Origin: Mobula birostris
Lineage: Eukaryota
Length of the DNA: 64,000 nucleotides
Assembly: GCF_030028105.1 (NCBI RefSeq)
Contig: NC_092393.1
Coordinates: 52,896,125 to 52,960,124 of the forward strand
Direction: 5' to 3'
Shown one piece after another: positions 62,085 through 64,000 of the stretch; the first letter of the stretch is position 1; every line of letters starts with the position of its first letter. The position numbers and the translations under genes were made by a program. The notes beneath the pieces were generated by a model. It ran no database searches. It was given only the letters and a program-made list of their open reading frames with translations, and was not told the origin of the DNA.

Positions 62085-62585
62085 TTTAGAGAGGGTGCAG
62101 AGGAGATTTACCAAGGTGCTGCCTGGATTAGAAAGCATGTCTTTTGAGGACAGGTTGAACAAGTTAGGGCTTTTCTCTTTAGAATGAAGGAGGATGTGAG
62201 GTGACTTCATAGAGGTGTAGATAGAGTGGATGGGCACAGACATTTTCCGTGGCTAATCTGAAAGGACAAATTTTAAGGTGATTGGAGCAAAGTATAGGTA
62301 GGTTTTTAAACAGAGTGGTAAGTGCATGGAATGCACTGCAGGGGATGGTGGTAAGAGCAGATACACGAGGGGCATTTGAGAGGGGTATAATCTTAAGGTG
62401 ATTAAAGGAAATTCAAGGGGTATGTCTGAAGTAGTTTTTTTACACAGAGTGGAGGGTGCATGGAGCACCCTACCCGTGGTGGTGGTAGAGGTAGCTACAT
62501 TAGGGGCATTTAAGAAACTTTTAGATAGGCACATGGATGATAGAAAAATGGAGGGCTCAATGGAAGGGAAAGGTTAGATTGAATA
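62085..62585 (+). mobile_element. CR1 3' fragments
   Basis: agagagggtgcagaggagatttaccaagg…; duplicated 3' segment. Confidence 0.75.
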
Positions 62586-62909
62586 AGAAAAATGGGAAAC
62601 ATTTCGCAGACATGGAGAAATGAAGATGGGGGAAGGCCTGCAAAATTTTCGCTTTTCTCCTGTTCAGCGCTCGATATTCCTGGATATCTAGGATCCCCTG
62701 TACTTGTCACCCTTAGCTTTCACTCCTGTAGGGTCATGTTGCGCTGAACATTCACAATTTGACTTTTGTGGATGTAGACTTACCTGGAAGATATACTCTA
62801 CCAATGCCAGGTTCTAATTTTAATGAAATTGGTTTTCCTGTAATTTGGACCTCTATTCCTGGTCTTTCCCTGCTTTTTCTATAAGCACTTTGAAATTTAC
62901 TAAGTCTAC

Positions 62910-63830
62910 TGAGCCTCTTTACTCCATCTAGCCTACTCATAACTTTCTGCAACACAATTAATTCTTCTCTCAGTCTTCTCCGATTTAACAGACAACATCA
63001 CCCTATCCAGTTAATCTGTCATAGGCATTTTTTTCTAATCCTGGCAAAATCCTCGTAAATCTCTTCTGCGACCTCTCCAGTACAAATGCCACTTCTGTGT
63101 AATATGACCAGAACTTTCTACAGTAGTGTAGCTGTAGTCTAAGTCATCCTGACAATTCGATCGTTTTATCTTTCCTGTTATGTTCTGCCTGTCAGCTCAC
63201 AGAAAGACATCCTATATGTCTCTAACCACTTTATTAAACTATCCTGGTTTCTTTAAGAATCAGTGGATATATACTCAAAAGTCTCTTGTTTCTCCACAGC
63301 TTTTGGTCTCCATTCTACTCTGGATTTTTACCTCATACTTCTCTGGATTACATTGTTTCCTATTTTCTCTGTCCGAATAAGGAGGGCATCTATATCATAA
63401 TCTAAATCTTGGCTGTTCATAATCAGCACTTTTGAATCATCTGCAACCTTTTTTTTTATATCATGCCTCTACATTTACTTTTCATTTATCGGTATGTACC
63501 ACTGGGGCAAGAGAAAGTGTGCAATGGCATCTGCCAGTCACAGAACACGTACCCTTTGCAATTCAATATTCTCCCGTGGACTAACTGGTTTTTACCTTTA
63601 TGGCTAGCTTACCTGAAAAGTCTTGCTAGAATTCAGGTGGGTACCATCAATTACACTGCTCTCATTAAGATTCCTTGACCCATCTTTGCACAAAAGGATT
63701 CATTTGTTAAACAGGTATGACCTTCTCTTATGCTGATTATCTCCAATTAATCTGTGACTTCCTAAGTGAAGTTTTATTCTGCAAAATTAATTCCAATAAT
63801 TTACCCCTTCTGACTGTAATTAATTGGCTA
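62910..63830 (-). mobile_element. Old, highly decayed CR1 LINE
   Basis: aatcctggcaaaatcctcgtaaatctcttctg, ccagaact, tcatctgcaa motifs. Confidence 0.55.
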
Positions 63831-64000
63831 GTTAATTATGCAGTTTTCTCTTCATTTTTAAACCCTTTTATAAAGTTCTTTCATTTGTTTCTAAGTAGTC
63901 ATCATCATTATGTGTCATGTTGTATGATGTGGCCTCATGACCATGATTGTTCTTGGCAAAATTTTTCTACAGAAGTGGATTGCCATATTCATCTTCTAGG

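Overview
Eukaryotic, repeat-rich vertebrate DNA. The repeat mix (V-SINE/HE1-like and Deu-like SINEs, abundant CR1, Rex1/Babar, RTE, Penelope, Tc1) suggests a cartilaginous fish, probably a ray; this is inference. The window appears to be almost entirely intron of RPTOR (Raptor, mTORC1 scaffold) on the + strand. I can identify only two coding exons, 26604-26722 and 56893-56996, joined by a 30.2-kb GT-AG intron. Nearly all other ORFs in the track are decayed transposon fragments or noise. The most notable structure is a family of Penelope-derived fold-back (hairpin) insertions with 13-15 bp target-site duplications whose arms carry minimal type I hammerhead-ribozyme motifs. One 887-bp copy still holds the GIY-YIG endonuclease C-terminus, and one copy has been locally re-copied as a perfect 83-bp inversion. 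There are also several cleanly resolvable nested insertions, bipartite non-autonomous LINE derivatives and two assembly gaps. No clearly new protein-coding system is evident. Family assignments and human RPTOR comparisons are from recall, not database searches.
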